This document shows, in pieces, positions 1 through 10,666 of a stretch of DNA of 32,702 nt. Position 1 is the first letter of the stretch; the number at the start of each line of letters is the position of its first letter. Source of the stretch: an uncultured Acidimicrobiia bacterium. GTDB taxonomy: Bacteria; Gemmatimonadota; Gemmatimonadetes; Gemmatimonadales; GWC2-71-9. The notes under the pieces were generated by a model. It was not told the DNA's origin, searched no databases, and saw only the letters and a program-made list of their open reading frames with translations. A program made the position numbers and the translations under genes. The stretch covers positions 1-32,702 of the forward strand of contig CAXMUQ010000247.1 in the NCBI GenBank assembly GCA_964196605.1. The letters are read 5' to 3'.

Positions 1-226
1 GTACCAGAGGGGGAGAGGTGGGCGAACCAAACTGGGCGCCTGAACGCCTGACCGCCCGTCCTCCGGTCAGTCCTGTATCGGGTGTAGATTCAGCCCGACT
101 TCTGCGGTTGCGCGCCTCAGGGAGGGGTCGTAGCTTACGCCCGGAGGAAACCAGGCCTTGGCCGGGTTTGGACTTTATGGATACTCCATTTGCCCAGTAT
201 CAATAACCGGATTAGAGGAGGCGGGA

Positions 227-865
227 ATGTTAAGTCGGCGCTCGTTGGGAGTACTCACGGGATGCCTGGCCCTCACGACGATGATGTCGGCGTGCGGTGT
301 GTCCAGGAATGACCACGATGCGGATATCTCCTCTCTGCGCTCGGAAATGCAGAGTGAGATGGCCCGGCGAGACACGATAGCGGTCGTAGGTCTGTCGGCA
401 GCTATTGCGATCAATATTGAACAGGAGCGTCGTCTCGCCAACCTAGAGGCCGGTATGGCGGCACTCGACGCCCGGATGATTGAGGTCGAAGAACTGGCCA
501 TCAATGCCATCCGCTACAATGCGCCCGTGCACTTTGCGTTCGACAGCTATGAAGTGACCGATGGCAACCGCCCAGCGCTCGATCGGTTCGCCGCGGTGGT
601 CAGCCGCTTTTATCAGGATGCATTGATCACGGTCGAAGGATTTGCCGACCCGGCAGGCGATCCCGATTACAACAAGTGGCTGGGTCAGCAGCGTGCTGAG
701 AGCATCATGCAGTATTTGGTCACGGCCGGCGTCGATGCCGGGCAGTTACGGGCCGTGAGTTACGGGGATGCCGACAACCGGCAAGTCGAGCCCGGTGCCT
801 GGGGCGACAACGGTTCGGCCAACCGCCGCGTGGCGTTCGTGGTCGATTATCGCGAACGCATGTAG
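227..865 (+). CDS. OmpA/Pal-like peptidoglycan-associated lipoprotein (OmpA_C domain)
   Basis: The C-terminal half carries the OmpA_C-type motif set (FAFDSYEV..., VEGFADPAGDPDYNKWLGQQRAESIMQYL, NRRVAFVV). The N-terminus MLSRRSLGVLTGCLALTTMMSAC is a signal peptide with a lipobox-like Cys. I chose the ATG at 227, preceded by GGAGG at 217..221, rather than the ORF-track start at 158. Confidence 0.85.
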   Translation: MLSRRSLGVLTGCLALTTMMSACGVSRNDHDADISSLRSEMQSEMARRDTIAVVGLSAAIAINIEQERRLANLEAGMAALDARMIEVEELAINAIRYNAPVHFAFDSYEVTDGNRPALDRFAAVVSRFYQDALITVEGFADPAGDPDYNKWLGQQRAESIMQYLVTAGVDAGQLRAVSYGDADNRQVEPGAWGDNGSANRRVAFVVDYRERM

Positions 866-961
866 CAGGGACCGGGTTGACGCCCGGCATCGGTATTACT
901 CGATGGTCTACGGGGCCCCGCCGCATGTCATGCGCGGGGCTTCGTGCAATATTCCTCCTGG

Positions 962-2074
962 ATGAATAGACGTCTCCGAATCATGTTCTGGGTATCCTTT
1001 CTAGCTTCGGTCACCCTGTATCTGTCGTTCGGGGTGGATCGCGTCGATCCCAGCCGTCTGCGGCTACCCTCTGGATTCCACATCGCCGAATTCGGCCAGG
1101 CCGAGGGCGCCCGGTCCCTGGCCTTGGGTGCCGAGGGTACCGTGTTCGTAGCTACCATGCGGCAGGGGCGCGTGTACGCCATGGTCGACCAGGACGGGGA
1201 TGGCACCGCCGACGTGGTGCATACCATCGCAACCGGTTTGACGCGACCGAACGGCGTGGCGTTCCGGGACGGATCCTTGTACGTGGGGGAAGTGAGCCGC
1301 ATCCTCCGGTACGACGGCATCGAGACACGGCTCGATAATCCCCCGGACCCAGTGGTCCTGCTGGACGGACTCCCTACCGAAACCCTTCATGGGTGGAAAT
1401 TCCTGCGCTTCGGCCCCGACGGATGGTTGTACTTCCAGGTGGGCGCCCCGTGCAACATCTGTCTGTCCGCCGACGAGCGCTATGCCAGTATCCTCAGGGT
1501 GCGGCCCGACGGATCGGAGCTCGAGGTCTTTGCCCGCGGCGTGCGCAACACAGTGGGGTTCGACTGGCACCCGGACACCGGAGTGCTGTGGTTCACCGAC
1601 AACGGGCGGGACAACCTGGGTGACGACGTCCCGCCCGACGAACTCAACCGGGCGCCCGAGGCCGGTCTCCATTTCGGGTACCCGTACTGCCATGGTGGGT
1701 CCATTCCAGATCCTGAGTACGGCTCCGAGCGAGGCTGCGAGGAGTTCGTGGGTCCGGTACTACGTATGGGTGCCCACGTGGCGAGCGTGGGAATGCGATT
1801 CTACACAGGCGACATGTTCCCAGCCGAGTACAAGCAGCAAATCTTCATCGCCCAGCACGGTAGCTGGAACAGAACAGAACCTGACGGGTACCGGGTGATC
1901 GTCGTTGAAGTCGAGGACGGTGGGGTAGTGAACTCCGAGGTGTTCATTGACGGGTGGTTGGAGGATGGAAGTGCCTGGGGCCGGCCGGTGGATGTTATGG
2001 TGATGCCGGACGGGTCATTGCTCGTCTCCGACGACAAAGGCGGTGTGGTATATCGGGTGACATACGACGGCTAA
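962..2074 (+). CDS. PQQ-dependent sugar (glucose/sorbosone) dehydrogenase family beta-propeller protein
   Basis: Motifs typical of the sorbosone dehydrogenase family: RPNGVAFRDGSLYV, RNTVGFDWHPDTGVLWFTDNGRDNLGDDVPPDELN, GLHFGYPYCHG. There is an N-terminal hydrophobic anchor or signal. The ATG at 962 is in frame with the GTG at 944, so the start is uncertain by 6 codons. Confidence 0.8.
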   Translation: MNRRLRIMFWVSFLASVTLYLSFGVDRVDPSRLRLPSGFHIAEFGQAEGARSLALGAEGTVFVATMRQGRVYAMVDQDGDGTADVVHTIATGLTRPNGVAFRDGSLYVGEVSRILRYDGIETRLDNPPDPVVLLDGLPTETLHGWKFLRFGPDGWLYFQVGAPCNICLSADERYASILRVRPDGSELEVFARGVRNTVGFDWHPDTGVLWFTDNGRDNLGDDVPPDELNRAPEAGLHFGYPYCHGGSIPDPEYGSERGCEEFVGPVLRMGAHVASVGMRFYTGDMFPAEYKQQIFIAQHGSWNRTEPDGYRVIVVEVEDGGVVNSEVFIDGWLEDGSAWGRPVDVMVMPDGSLLVSDDKGGVVYRVTYDG

Positions 2075-2101
2075 GCCGGCCCGGTAAAGCTGAATAGCAA
2101 T

Positions 2102-2134
2102 GCGGCCCTGTCCCTCAGTAGAGGACAGGGCCGC
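2102..2134. terminator. 12-bp GC-rich hairpin between convergent genes (possible bidirectional terminator)
   Basis: GCGGCCCTGTCC (2102..2113) pairs perfectly with GGACAGGGCCGC (2123..2134) around a 9-nt loop. It lies between the stop at 2074 (+) and the stop at 2157 (-). There is no clear T-run. Confidence 0.45.
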
Positions 2135-2156
2135 GTGCGTTGTGATGGGTCAGCTC

Positions 2157-2927
2157 CTAGGACTTGTTTATCCGAATTGACCCGTTCACCGTCTCTAGGT
2201 CCAGCTTGCGACCACCGCTTCCGATGGTGCCGGTGACCTTCCGGGGGCCGAACTTGCCGTGCACCATCAGTGGGAAATCCGAGTAGAAGTCGCCGTTGAC
2301 GGTGGAGGCTTCGACCTCGGCGTTGAATCCCTCCGGCAAGGTCAACTCGATGCTTCCGTTTACCGTCGAGAAATGGGCGCTTCCCTGCCAGTCTGCCCGT
2401 CCGGCTGTGACCTTGATACTGCCGTTCACGGTAGAGGCTTCGGCCCAGCCCTGGGTAGCCACGCTGACGTCACCGTTGACGGTACTAGCTTCGGCGTCGG
2501 CAGTCAGGCCGCGGGCGGTTACGTTGCCGTTCACACTCTTGCCGACGAACAGCACGCCGCTGGGGATTCGCACCTCGAAATCGGCCTCGGCCCGAGTGTC
2601 TTCGGTGTTCATGCGGCCGTCATTACCAGGTGCGCATTCGTTGGGCTTGTTGGATCGCCCGGGGTACATGGCGCAGATGGTAATGCCACCGCTGTGCTCG
2701 ACTACCTCGAAGCTGAGTTCGTCTCGGTCCCGCCCATCTGTCGCGGCAGTGACCTCTACTTCGGCACCATCGGTGTGGACGGCCCGGATGTTCCCGTTGA
2801 TACCCTTGATTTCAATGCTCTTGCCGGCTGCGATCCGGCCATTCCAACTGAAGTCCTGCGCGGTGAGGGTACCACCGGCCAGAAAGGCCAGGGCCGTCAG
2901 GATGTTCAGGATGTTCGAACGCTTCAT
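2157..2927 (-). CDS. Secreted DUF4097-type beta-strand repeat protein (putative adhesin-like)
   Basis: Signal peptide MKRSNILNILTALAFLAGGTLTAQ. The motif [AS]STVNG[SD][IFV] is repeated at least 5 times, which is characteristic of DUF4097. It is the last gene of the ECF cassette. Confidence 0.75.
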   Translation of the reverse strand: MKRSNILNILTALAFLAGGTLTAQDFSWNGRIAAGKSIEIKGINGNIRAVHTDGAEVEVTAATDGRDRDELSFEVVEHSGGITICAMYPGRSNKPNECAPGNDGRMNTEDTRAEADFEVRIPSGVLFVGKSVNGNVTARGLTADAEASTVNGDVSVATQGWAEASTVNGSIKVTAGRADWQGSAHFSTVNGSIELTLPEGFNAEVEASTVNGDFYSDFPLMVHGKFGPRKVTGTIGSGGRKLDLETVNGSIRINKS

Positions 2928-2957
2928 GGTCGGTATCTCCCTAGTGTTATGTCGTAG

Positions 2958-3809
2958 TCAGTTCTGGCCGTCGCCGCGGCGCAGTTCGATGGTGCCGTCG
3001 AACGCTTCTAGGATGATCTCGGCAGAACCGCCACCGAGGGTGAAACTGAATCGCCGGGAATTGCCGCCGATCTTGGAAATCGTGAACGGGAAATCCGACT
3101 CGAACTCCCCACTGAAGGTCGAGACCTTGACCGTGGCATCAACTTCGTCGGGGATGTAGAAGGTGACGTCACCGTCGTGGGTAGACAGGTGGTACCGGCC
3201 ATCAGGGCTGACCGTCCCGGAGTAGTACACCTCGCCGTCGACCGTCGTTGCCTCAACAGATTGCGAAGTGACGCGTTCGAGAGTGACATCGCCATCCACC
3301 GTCGTCGCCTTGATCGAGCCGGCGATGTCAGCCGCAGACACGTCTCCGTCGACTGACTCGACGTGGATCCGGCCGCTGGCGTGCTCCAAATTGACGTCAC
3401 CGTTGATCGATCGAATGGAGACCAAGCCGCGGCCGCCGAGCACCCAGATGTCGCCGTTGACCGTGGTGCCACGCACCGATGCCTCCGTGCCCCTGATGGT
3501 GATATCGGTATTGACGCCGTTGAACACGAACGGCAGCCACGCCGGAACCATTATCTCGTAGTCGGCTCCGTGGGTGGCGTAGCGTCCCCGGCGGCTGATC
3601 CGGATCTCGTTGCCACTACGGTCGACCTTGATGGCGATGTGATCGTCCTCGTCGGTGACGATTCGGACCACATCACGATCCCACACGCCAACCTCGATCG
3701 ATCCGGCGTGGTGGTCGATGAAGAGCCGGTCATCCGCACCAACCGAAAACGAGGTGTCTGCCTGTATCACGGCCGCGAGTGCCAGGATTCCCGAGCAAAC
3801 GGTAAACAT
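2958..3809 (-). CDS. Secreted DUF4097-type beta-strand repeat protein
   Basis: Signal peptide MFTVCSGILALAAVIQA. Repeated motifs TTVNGDI, SINGDV, SVDGDV, TTVDGDV, TTVDGEV and STHDGDV. It starts 15 nt downstream of the anti-sigma gene on the same strand. Confidence 0.75.
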   Translation of the reverse strand: MFTVCSGILALAAVIQADTSFSVGADDRLFIDHHAGSIEVGVWDRDVVRIVTDEDDHIAIKVDRSGNEIRISRRGRYATHGADYEIMVPAWLPFVFNGVNTDITIRGTEASVRGTTVNGDIWVLGGRGLVSIRSINGDVNLEHASGRIHVESVDGDVSAADIAGSIKATTVDGDVTLERVTSQSVEATTVDGEVYYSGTVSPDGRYHLSTHDGDVTFYIPDEVDATVKVSTFSGEFESDFPFTISKIGGNSRRFSFTLGGGSAEIILEAFDGTIELRRGDGQN

Positions 3810-3824
3810 GAGTTCTCCCTTTGG

Positions 3825-4499
3825 TTAGCTCGTGGTTCCCACGAGGCCGGCCGCCTGCCTCATGAGCACGAGTTTTTGTCGCATCGTTGCTGCCAAGTGG
3901 TCCTGCAAATAACCGTTGGCAGGGTCCGCGGCGATGGCTTTTTGTGCCTGTTCGATGGCCCGGTCGATTATGGCCAGGTTAGTCTCTAGAATACCAATTG
4001 TGGTGCTATCCAATTCCCCGCGGCCAGCCTCGAGGATCTGCTGCAGTTCAACCAGTGCCTGGTTGACGGCCACCCGGCTGCCCGGGGTGGTCACCTGAAG
4101 GACCGGAAGGTCCGAGCCCGGAAGCCGCGGAGCGTCACTGGCCGGGCCGGATACCAAGAACCGTCCGACGGAGCCTGACAGGATGACCAAGGCGATGCCC
4201 GCAGCGATGAGTTGCGGGATAGTGAAGCTGATTCGTCGCGAATGCTGCCTTTGTGCTGTCGGAAGATGGTAAATGCCGTCCCCTCCAACAGAGATCCTGC
4301 CGGCGATGCCCTGCCACAGGTCCGATGTTGGCGGCGTGTCGGTCAGGGCGCTCGCTTCGGTAACGACGGTCCGCAGGTCGGCGAACACCACTCGGCACTC
4401 CGCACAATCGACCAAGTGGCGTTCGACAGCCTGCCGGTCGGGAGCGGGCAGCGTCCCGTCTATGTACTCCGATAACTTTGAGGTCCACAGATCTGCCAT
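3825..4499 (-). CDS. Anti-sigma factor, zf-HC2 type, single-pass membrane protein
   Basis: The N-terminus LSEYIDGTLPAPDRQAVERHLVDCAECR matches the H-x3-C-x2-C zinc-binding anti-sigma motif. There is one hydrophobic span (IPQLIAAGIALVILSGSV). It starts 11 nt after the stop of the ECF sigma gene. Confidence 0.8.
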   Translation of the reverse strand: MADLWTSKLSEYIDGTLPAPDRQAVERHLVDCAECRVVFADLRTVVTEASALTDTPPTSDLWQGIAGRISVGGDGIYHLPTAQRQHSRRISFTIPQLIAAGIALVILSGSVGRFLVSGPASDAPRLPGSDLPVLQVTTPGSRVAVNQALVELQQILEAGRGELDSTTIGILETNLAIIDRAIEQAQKAIAADPANGYLQDHLAATMRQKLVLMRQAAGLVGTTS

Positions 4500-4510
4500 T
4501 GGTCCTCTCC

Positions 4511-5086
4511 TCAGCGTGTCAGGTGCTCACGGAGCGCCATACGCGCCCGGTGCAATTGTGATTTTGATGTTCCCTCAGCCAGACCCAGCATCGTTGCTAT
4601 CTCCTCATGGCGGTAGCCCTCGACGTCGTGCAGCACGAATACCTGGCGGGCTCCTTTGGGCAGGTGGGTAAGCGCCTGTTCCAGGTCCATCCCCGCGGCC
4701 GGCTCTGAGCTGCGGCTCGGCATCGTCTGCAGCGGGGCCTCACTCTCTACGAACCGCTTCCTTTGCTGTCCCAAGGTTCCTCGGCGGGCGAGGATGACGT
4801 TGACTGCCAACCGGTGGAGCCATGTTCCGAATGCCGCTTCACCCCTGAAGGTGTGCAACTTTTCCCACGCGCGAACGAAAACGTCTTGGGTTACTTCATC
4901 CGCCAGCTCGAAGTCGATCATCCGCCGGGCCAGACTGTGGACTCGGTCCACGTGCCGGTGGTACAATCGCTCGAAGGCGGAGGCGTCCCCGCTCGCGGCC
5001 AAGGCCACTTCGACGGCGTCCTGATTGATAGCGGTGGTGCGTTGCTGTTTGGTCAGAGCCCCGGCTCCACGGCTAAAGACATCCAT
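4511..5086 (-). CDS. ECF-type RNA polymerase sigma-70 family factor
   Basis: Region 2 (AFERLYHRHVDRVHSLARRM...DVTQDVFVRAWEKLHTFRGEAAFGTWLHRLAVN) and region 4 (LPKGARQVFVLHDVEGYRHEEIATMLGLAEGTSKSQLHRAR). Upstream on the minus strand there is a possible extended -10, TGGTACAAT (+ coordinates 5143..5151), with TTGGCC 17 nt upstream. Confidence 0.9.
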   Translation of the reverse strand: MDVFSRGAGALTKQQRTTAINQDAVEVALAASGDASAFERLYHRHVDRVHSLARRMIDFELADEVTQDVFVRAWEKLHTFRGEAAFGTWLHRLAVNVILARRGTLGQQRKRFVESEAPLQTMPSRSSEPAAGMDLEQALTHLPKGARQVFVLHDVEGYRHEEIATMLGLAEGTSKSQLHRARMALREHLTR

Positions 5087-5257
5087 CGCACTAGGTTTGA
5101 TAGGGTAGTCCCACGTAGGGTTGCAATACCAGCCCAGTCTCGATTGTACCAGCGAACGGCGAAGCGGCCAAGTAGTGCTAATAAAACAGCATCTCGCGGT
5201 TTGCCTAGCTCATGATAGGTTTCTGCTCAACCACAGGCTCACCTCAATGGAGTGGTA

Positions 5258-6931
5258 ATGACCGCGACCACCGCCCCTACACACGCTATCCGGGCCCCGG
5301 TAGGAACGTCGCTTTCGTGCAAGGGCTGGCACCAGGAAGCAGCCCTGCGAATGCTGATGAACAACCTGGACCCCGCCGTGGCAGAGCAGCCGGAAGAACT
5401 CATTGTCTACGGAGGCGGGGGCAAGGCCGCCCGTAACTGGCAAAGCTACCACGCCATTGTGGATACCCTCAGGCGCTTGGAGAACGACGAGACACTGCTG
5501 GTCCAGAGCGGCAAACCGGTGGGCGTATTTCGGACCCATGAGGAAGCGCCCCGGGTGCTGATCTCCAACGCTCAACTGGTACCTCGATGGGCAACGTGGG
5601 ATGAGTTCCGCCGGCTGGACGATCTCGGGCTCACAATGTACGGGCAGATGACAGCAGGTTCCTGGATCTACATCGGTACCCAAGGGATTTTACAGGGCAC
5701 CTACGAGACGTTAGCCGAGTGCGCCAACCGGTACTTTGGAGGTACGCTGGCGGGCCGCTTGGTCGTAACGGCCGGACTGGGCGGCATGGGCGGTGCCCAG
5801 CCGCTGGCGGCGACCATGAACGGCGGAGTTCTGCTCGCGGTCGAGGTCGATCCCGCTCGCGTGAAGCGGCGAGTCGACAGCGGCTACTGCGATCGGATGT
5901 CGACCGATCTGGATGAGGCGCTCGACTTGCTAGGGGATGCCAAGGAAAAGGGAACCGCGCTGTCCGTCGGACTGGTGGGGAATATCGCCGAGGTGCTGCC
6001 CGACCTCGTGAAGCGGGGGATCACACCGGACGTGTTGACGGATCAAACGTCGGCGCACGACCTGCGGTTGGGGTACATCCCGGCCGGACTCGACCTAGCC
6101 GCAGCGGCCGAATTGCGTGAACGGGATCCCCAGGATTACGACAACCGGGTGCTGGATTCGATGGTGGTTCACGTCCAAGCCATGCTCGACCTGCAAGCCA
6201 AAGGGGCCGTCACATTCGACTATGGGAACAACCTGCGCGGTCAGGTGGCGGATCAGCGAGGCATGGACGAGGCGTTTCGGATTCCCGGGTTCGTTCCTGA
6301 GTTCATCCGGCCGCTGTTCTGTCGTGGGGCCGGCCCGTTCCGCTGGGCGGCGCTTTCGGGCAACCCGCAAGACATTGCCGTTACTGACGACGCCGTGTTG
6401 GAGGCGTTCCCTGAAAAGGAGGCATTGGCGCGATGGATCGCTCAGGCGCGGGAGCGAGTCCAGTTCCAGGGGCTACCGGCGCGGATCTGCTGGTTGGAGT
6501 ATGGCGAACGAGCGGAGATGGGGCTCAAGTTCAACTGGTTGGTCAAGAAGGGGAAGGTGGACGCTCCCATCGTAATTGGGCGTGATCACCTCGACACCGG
6601 ATCGGTGGCCTCGCCCAACCGTGAGACCGAGGGCATGATGGACGGTTCCGACGCCATCGCCGATTGGCCTGTGTTGAACGCCATGCTCAACACCGCGTGC
6701 GGAGCCAGCTGGGTATCCCTCCACCACGGTGGTGGGGTGGGCATCGGTTACTCGATTCACTCAGGCATGGTTTGCGTGGCGGATGGCACCGACATGGCCG
6801 ACCGCCGTCTCGACCGTGTGCTGACTGCCGATCCCGGCACCGGAGTCATGCGCCATGCCGACGCAGGGTATCCCGTGGCCATTGAAACCGCGGCCGAGCG
6901 GGGTGTCGACTTGCCGATGATTGACGGCTGA
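5258..6931 (+). CDS. hutU: Urocanate hydratase
   Basis: Full-length urocanase-like translation ([60 protein letters not shown]). The ATG at 5258 has GGAG 5 nt upstream. The ORF-track GTG at 5252 is 2 codons further upstream. Confidence 0.95.
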   Translation: MTATTAPTHAIRAPVGTSLSCKGWHQEAALRMLMNNLDPAVAEQPEELIVYGGGGKAARNWQSYHAIVDTLRRLENDETLLVQSGKPVGVFRTHEEAPRVLISNAQLVPRWATWDEFRRLDDLGLTMYGQMTAGSWIYIGTQGILQGTYETLAECANRYFGGTLAGRLVVTAGLGGMGGAQPLAATMNGGVLLAVEVDPARVKRRVDSGYCDRMSTDLDEALDLLGDAKEKGTALSVGLVGNIAEVLPDLVKRGITPDVLTDQTSAHDLRLGYIPAGLDLAAAAELRERDPQDYDNRVLDSMVVHVQAMLDLQAKGAVTFDYGNNLRGQVADQRGMDEAFRIPGFVPEFIRPLFCRGAGPFRWAALSGNPQDIAVTDDAVLEAFPEKEALARWIAQARERVQFQGLPARICWLEYGERAEMGLKFNWLVKKGKVDAPIVIGRDHLDTGSVASPNRETEGMMDGSDAIADWPVLNAMLNTACGASWVSLHHGGGVGIGYSIHSGMVCVADGTDMADRRLDRVLTADPGTGVMRHADAGYPVAIETAAERGVDLPMIDG

Positions 6932-6945
6932 GCGGGTCGGCTTCT

Positions 6946-8184
6946 GTGGCCATTGTCCTCAAGAACATCGGCACGCTCGCCACCTGTGGGTCGGCCGGAA
7001 CGCAAAACGAGATACACACCATCCGCGGGGCTGCCCTCGTGTGGGGTGGTGGTGAGATTCTCTGGATCGGAGCGGAGAGCGATCTCCCCGGAGCGTTCGC
7101 CAATTCTGAGTGTTGGGACGCAGGCGGCCGGCTGGTAGTTCCCGGACTGGTCGATTGTCATACTCACCTTGCCTTCGGCGGTGACCGGGCCGACGAATTC
7201 GAACAGCGGTGCCTGGGTACCAGCTACCAAGCCATCGCTCAAGCGGGCGGAGGGATCGCTGCCACGGTCGGCGCTACACGGGGTACTTCCGAGGCCGACC
7301 TTCAGGACCGAGCTGCTGGGTACTTGCGGGAGATGGTGCGGCTGGGGGTCACCACGGTCGAGGCCAAGAGCGGCTACGGCCTTGATCTGGTTACGGAGCG
7401 CAAGCTGCTGGCGGTCTACCGGGATCTCGGTCAGCGTCAGCCGGTGCGCATCGTTGCCACTTTTCTTGGCGCACATGTGGTGGCGCCGGAGTACCGGGAT
7501 GACCGATCGGGCTACGTCGACCTCGTTGTCGATGAGATGATCCCCTCGGTTGCGGCGCAGGGGCTGGCCAAATTTTGTGACGTCTTCGTAGAGGATGGCG
7601 CGTTCACGGTAGACGAAGCACGCCGTATCCTTCTTGCCGGGCGCCGATTGGGTCTGGAGCCCAAGCTGCACGCGGATCAGCTTGCCGCCGGCGGGGGTGC
7701 CGAGCTGGCGGCGGAAGTGGGCGCGGTGTCGGCTGATCACTTGGAGTACATCACCGATGCGGGCATCGAGGCCATCAAGGCGTCGGGCACTGTGGCGGTA
7801 AGCCTCCCTCTGGCAACGTTGTATCTCAAGCAGACTCCCATGCCCGCTAGACGGCTGATGGACGCCGGCGTGTCCGTTGCTGTGGCTACGGACTTCAACC
7901 CCGGCTCGGCGCCGAACCTCCATCTACCCCTGGCAATGACGATCGCCTGTGTCTTACAGGGAATGTCCCCGGCCGAATCGCTCAAGGGCGCCACCATCAT
8001 CGCGGCTCGGGCGGTGGGGGCGGAGGACCGAGTGGGGTCTCTTGAGCCTGGCAAGGCGGCTGACTTTGCGTTGATTGATGCCGCCGACGTCAATGACTGG
8101 CTGTATCTATATCGGCCGAACGCGTGCCGCCTTACGGTCATAGCGGGCAATACTTGTTGGCAGAGTCCCGAAGGCCTGACTTAG
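6946..8184 (+). CDS. hutI: Imidazolonepropionase
   Basis: Amidohydrolase-type motifs GLVDCHTHLAFGG, KLHADQL and ATDFNPGS, with a length typical of HutI. GTG start 14 nt after the hutU stop. Confidence 0.93.
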   Translation: MAIVLKNIGTLATCGSAGTQNEIHTIRGAALVWGGGEILWIGAESDLPGAFANSECWDAGGRLVVPGLVDCHTHLAFGGDRADEFEQRCLGTSYQAIAQAGGGIAATVGATRGTSEADLQDRAAGYLREMVRLGVTTVEAKSGYGLDLVTERKLLAVYRDLGQRQPVRIVATFLGAHVVAPEYRDDRSGYVDLVVDEMIPSVAAQGLAKFCDVFVEDGAFTVDEARRILLAGRRLGLEPKLHADQLAAGGGAELAAEVGAVSADHLEYITDAGIEAIKASGTVAVSLPLATLYLKQTPMPARRLMDAGVSVAVATDFNPGSAPNLHLPLAMTIACVLQGMSPAESLKGATIIAARAVGAEDRVGSLEPGKAADFALIDAADVNDWLYLYRPNACRLTVIAGNTCWQSPEGLT

Positions 8185-8301
8185 GAAATGCCAGGGCTTG
8201 AGCCAGTCTGTCAGCGGTTTGTCAGGAACCTGGTGGATGGGTATGCGGGGGAGCATCCAGGCTCTAGCTTGGAGTAATGGATTCCTCAGGATCTTGATAT
8301 A

Positions 8302-9962
8302 ATGACTGGTCGTTTCCGCTCTTCCTTCATGGTACTCCTCCTCGTGGTGGCGTTGCTCCTCACGGGAGTCTTGGCATTTCAGGCCTACCGGGCCGAGGAG
8401 TACCATCAGGAAACCGCGGGGAGCGTACTGCAGGACTATGCCGAATTGGCGGCAGAAGAATTGTCGTCCCGGGTGGTGCAGCAGGTCGACTACTACGGCG
8501 CCACCCCATTGTTGAGCTACCTGGCGCAGTCGGTGGGCGGGCAACTTCCTACGCTGGCTGACGCGACGGAGCGTTCGCGGCTACGCCAACCGGCGGCGCT
8601 GGTCTCGGCTTTTTTCAGGATCGACCTTACCGGACCAGATGATACCGCCGGCCTACAGGTCGAAGGCACCTTGGAACCCGAGGCGCGTGGCTGGCTTGTG
8701 GACACGGTGCTGGCTGATGTGGCCAGGACAGCCGAAGAGGAATGGCGTTTCCGTACCTTGTTCGGGCCCGTTGGCAACGGTGGTCTGGTGGTGTTCTATG
8801 CAGCGGTTCAGGACGGAGAACGCCCGATGGGTGTGGTGGGGTTCGTGTCAGATCGGGACGCGCTGGCTGGTGTTGTTGCGGACGCCTACAGCCGAGGTCC
8901 GGTTCTGCCTGACGCGTTAACGCGAGGTCGTGCTGCAGATTCCACAACTTCGGCGGTGGTCACGGGGCCGTACGGCGACGCCATTTATCGCTCGTCCCGC
9001 GAGTATTCTTCGCCTTACACCGCGTCGGCTGCGGTGGCGCCACACCTCGGTGGCATGACGGCGACGGTGTCACTCGATCCCGATTTGACGGAGTCATTGA
9101 TCAGTGGCGGATCGCCCCTCAGGCGGTTGCCTCTGCTGATTGCGTTGTTCGTGTTGTGCGCAGCGATGATAGCGGCGGCTATCGCACTGTGGCGACGAGA
9201 GCAGACCGTGGCGCGTCTACGGAGCGATTTCGTTTCCGGCGTATCGCACGAACTCCGCACCCCGCTAGCGCAGATTCGGATGTTTGCCGAAACGCTGAAG
9301 CTGGGACGGGTGCGGAGCGAAGACGAACGGGACCGATCGCTGGCCATCATCGACCATGAGGCTCGGCGGCTGACGCAACTGGTCGAGAATCTCCTATACT
9401 TTTCTCGTGGTGAACGGCGGGCACAGCGGGTGGAATTGCACCTGGCCGACCTTGGTGAATTGGTGAGCGAAACAGTCGCCACATTCCGCCCGCTCGCCAC
9501 GGCGCGGCAGTGTGAGGTGGTACTGGAGACGGTTAGCGGGGTCATTGCCGCGGTCGACGTGGACGCGGTGCGCCAGATGGTGTTGAATTTGTTGGACAAC
9601 GCCATCAAGTACGGACCGGTAGGGCAGGAGGTCCGGGTAACAGTCGCCACCGTGAACGGGTGCGGCCGGATCACGGTGGAAGATCAGGGCCCCGGGGTTC
9701 CTTCATCTCACCGCTCGAACATCTGGCGGCGTTTCTGGCGAGCGGAGCGCCATCTTGCGAGTGCCATTGCCGGGACCGGCATCGGGCTGGCGATTGTGCA
9801 GGAACTCGCTGCCCTGCAGGACGCGGAGGTATGGGTTGAGAACCGGGATACCGGAGGCGCCCGGTTCGTGATCGCCTGGCCGGGAAACGACGCGATCCCC
9901 GATACCGCCGCAGACATAGTCGGGCATAAGCGGGCACGGTTGAACCAGGCGGCGGTGGCTGA

Positions 9963-9966
<4 letters not shown>
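8302..9966 (+). CDS. Sensor histidine kinase (two TM segments flanking an uncharacterised extracytoplasmic domain; HisKA plus HATPase_c)
   Basis: H-box FVSGVSHELRTPL, N-box LLDNAIKYG, and G-boxes DQGPGV and GTGIGLAIV. The N-terminal TM is MVLLLVVALLLTGVLAF and the second TM is LPLLIALFVLCAAMIAAAIAL. Confidence 0.9.
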
Positions 9967-10649
<683 letters not shown>

Positions 10650-10666
10650 CACCGTGGAGAGGCTCC

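Noticed and set aside
1-226. Non-coding-looking leader at the left edge of the window. An open frame (frame 3, ending at 206) and several small GC hairpins raise the possibility of a truncated gene or the 3' end of an ncRNA.
   Set aside because: The translation is Arg/Pro-rich with no motif. I found no recognisable RNA-family signature, and the element is truncated by the window edge, so it cannot be evaluated.
5095-5130. Possible ECF-type autoregulatory promoter on the minus strand (GCAACC ... TCAAAC) immediately upstream of the ECF sigma gene.
   Set aside because: It would place the transcription start only a few nt from the ATG at 5086, and its match to AAC/-10 ECF consensus patterns is loose. 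The extended -10 TGGTACAAT further upstream is at least as plausible. Neither is supported beyond pattern matching.
6757-7923. A long 388-aa ORF antisense to hutI. Similar long antisense ORFs occur at 1064..1693 (-), 10736..11518 (-), 17989..19179 (+), 21870..22451 (-), 26532..27275 (+), 28906..29979 (-) and 30588..31715 (-).
   Set aside because: These are shadow ORFs typical of high-GC DNA. Each lies opposite a gene with strong family motifs. Their translations are Arg/Pro/Gly-rich with no recognisable domains.
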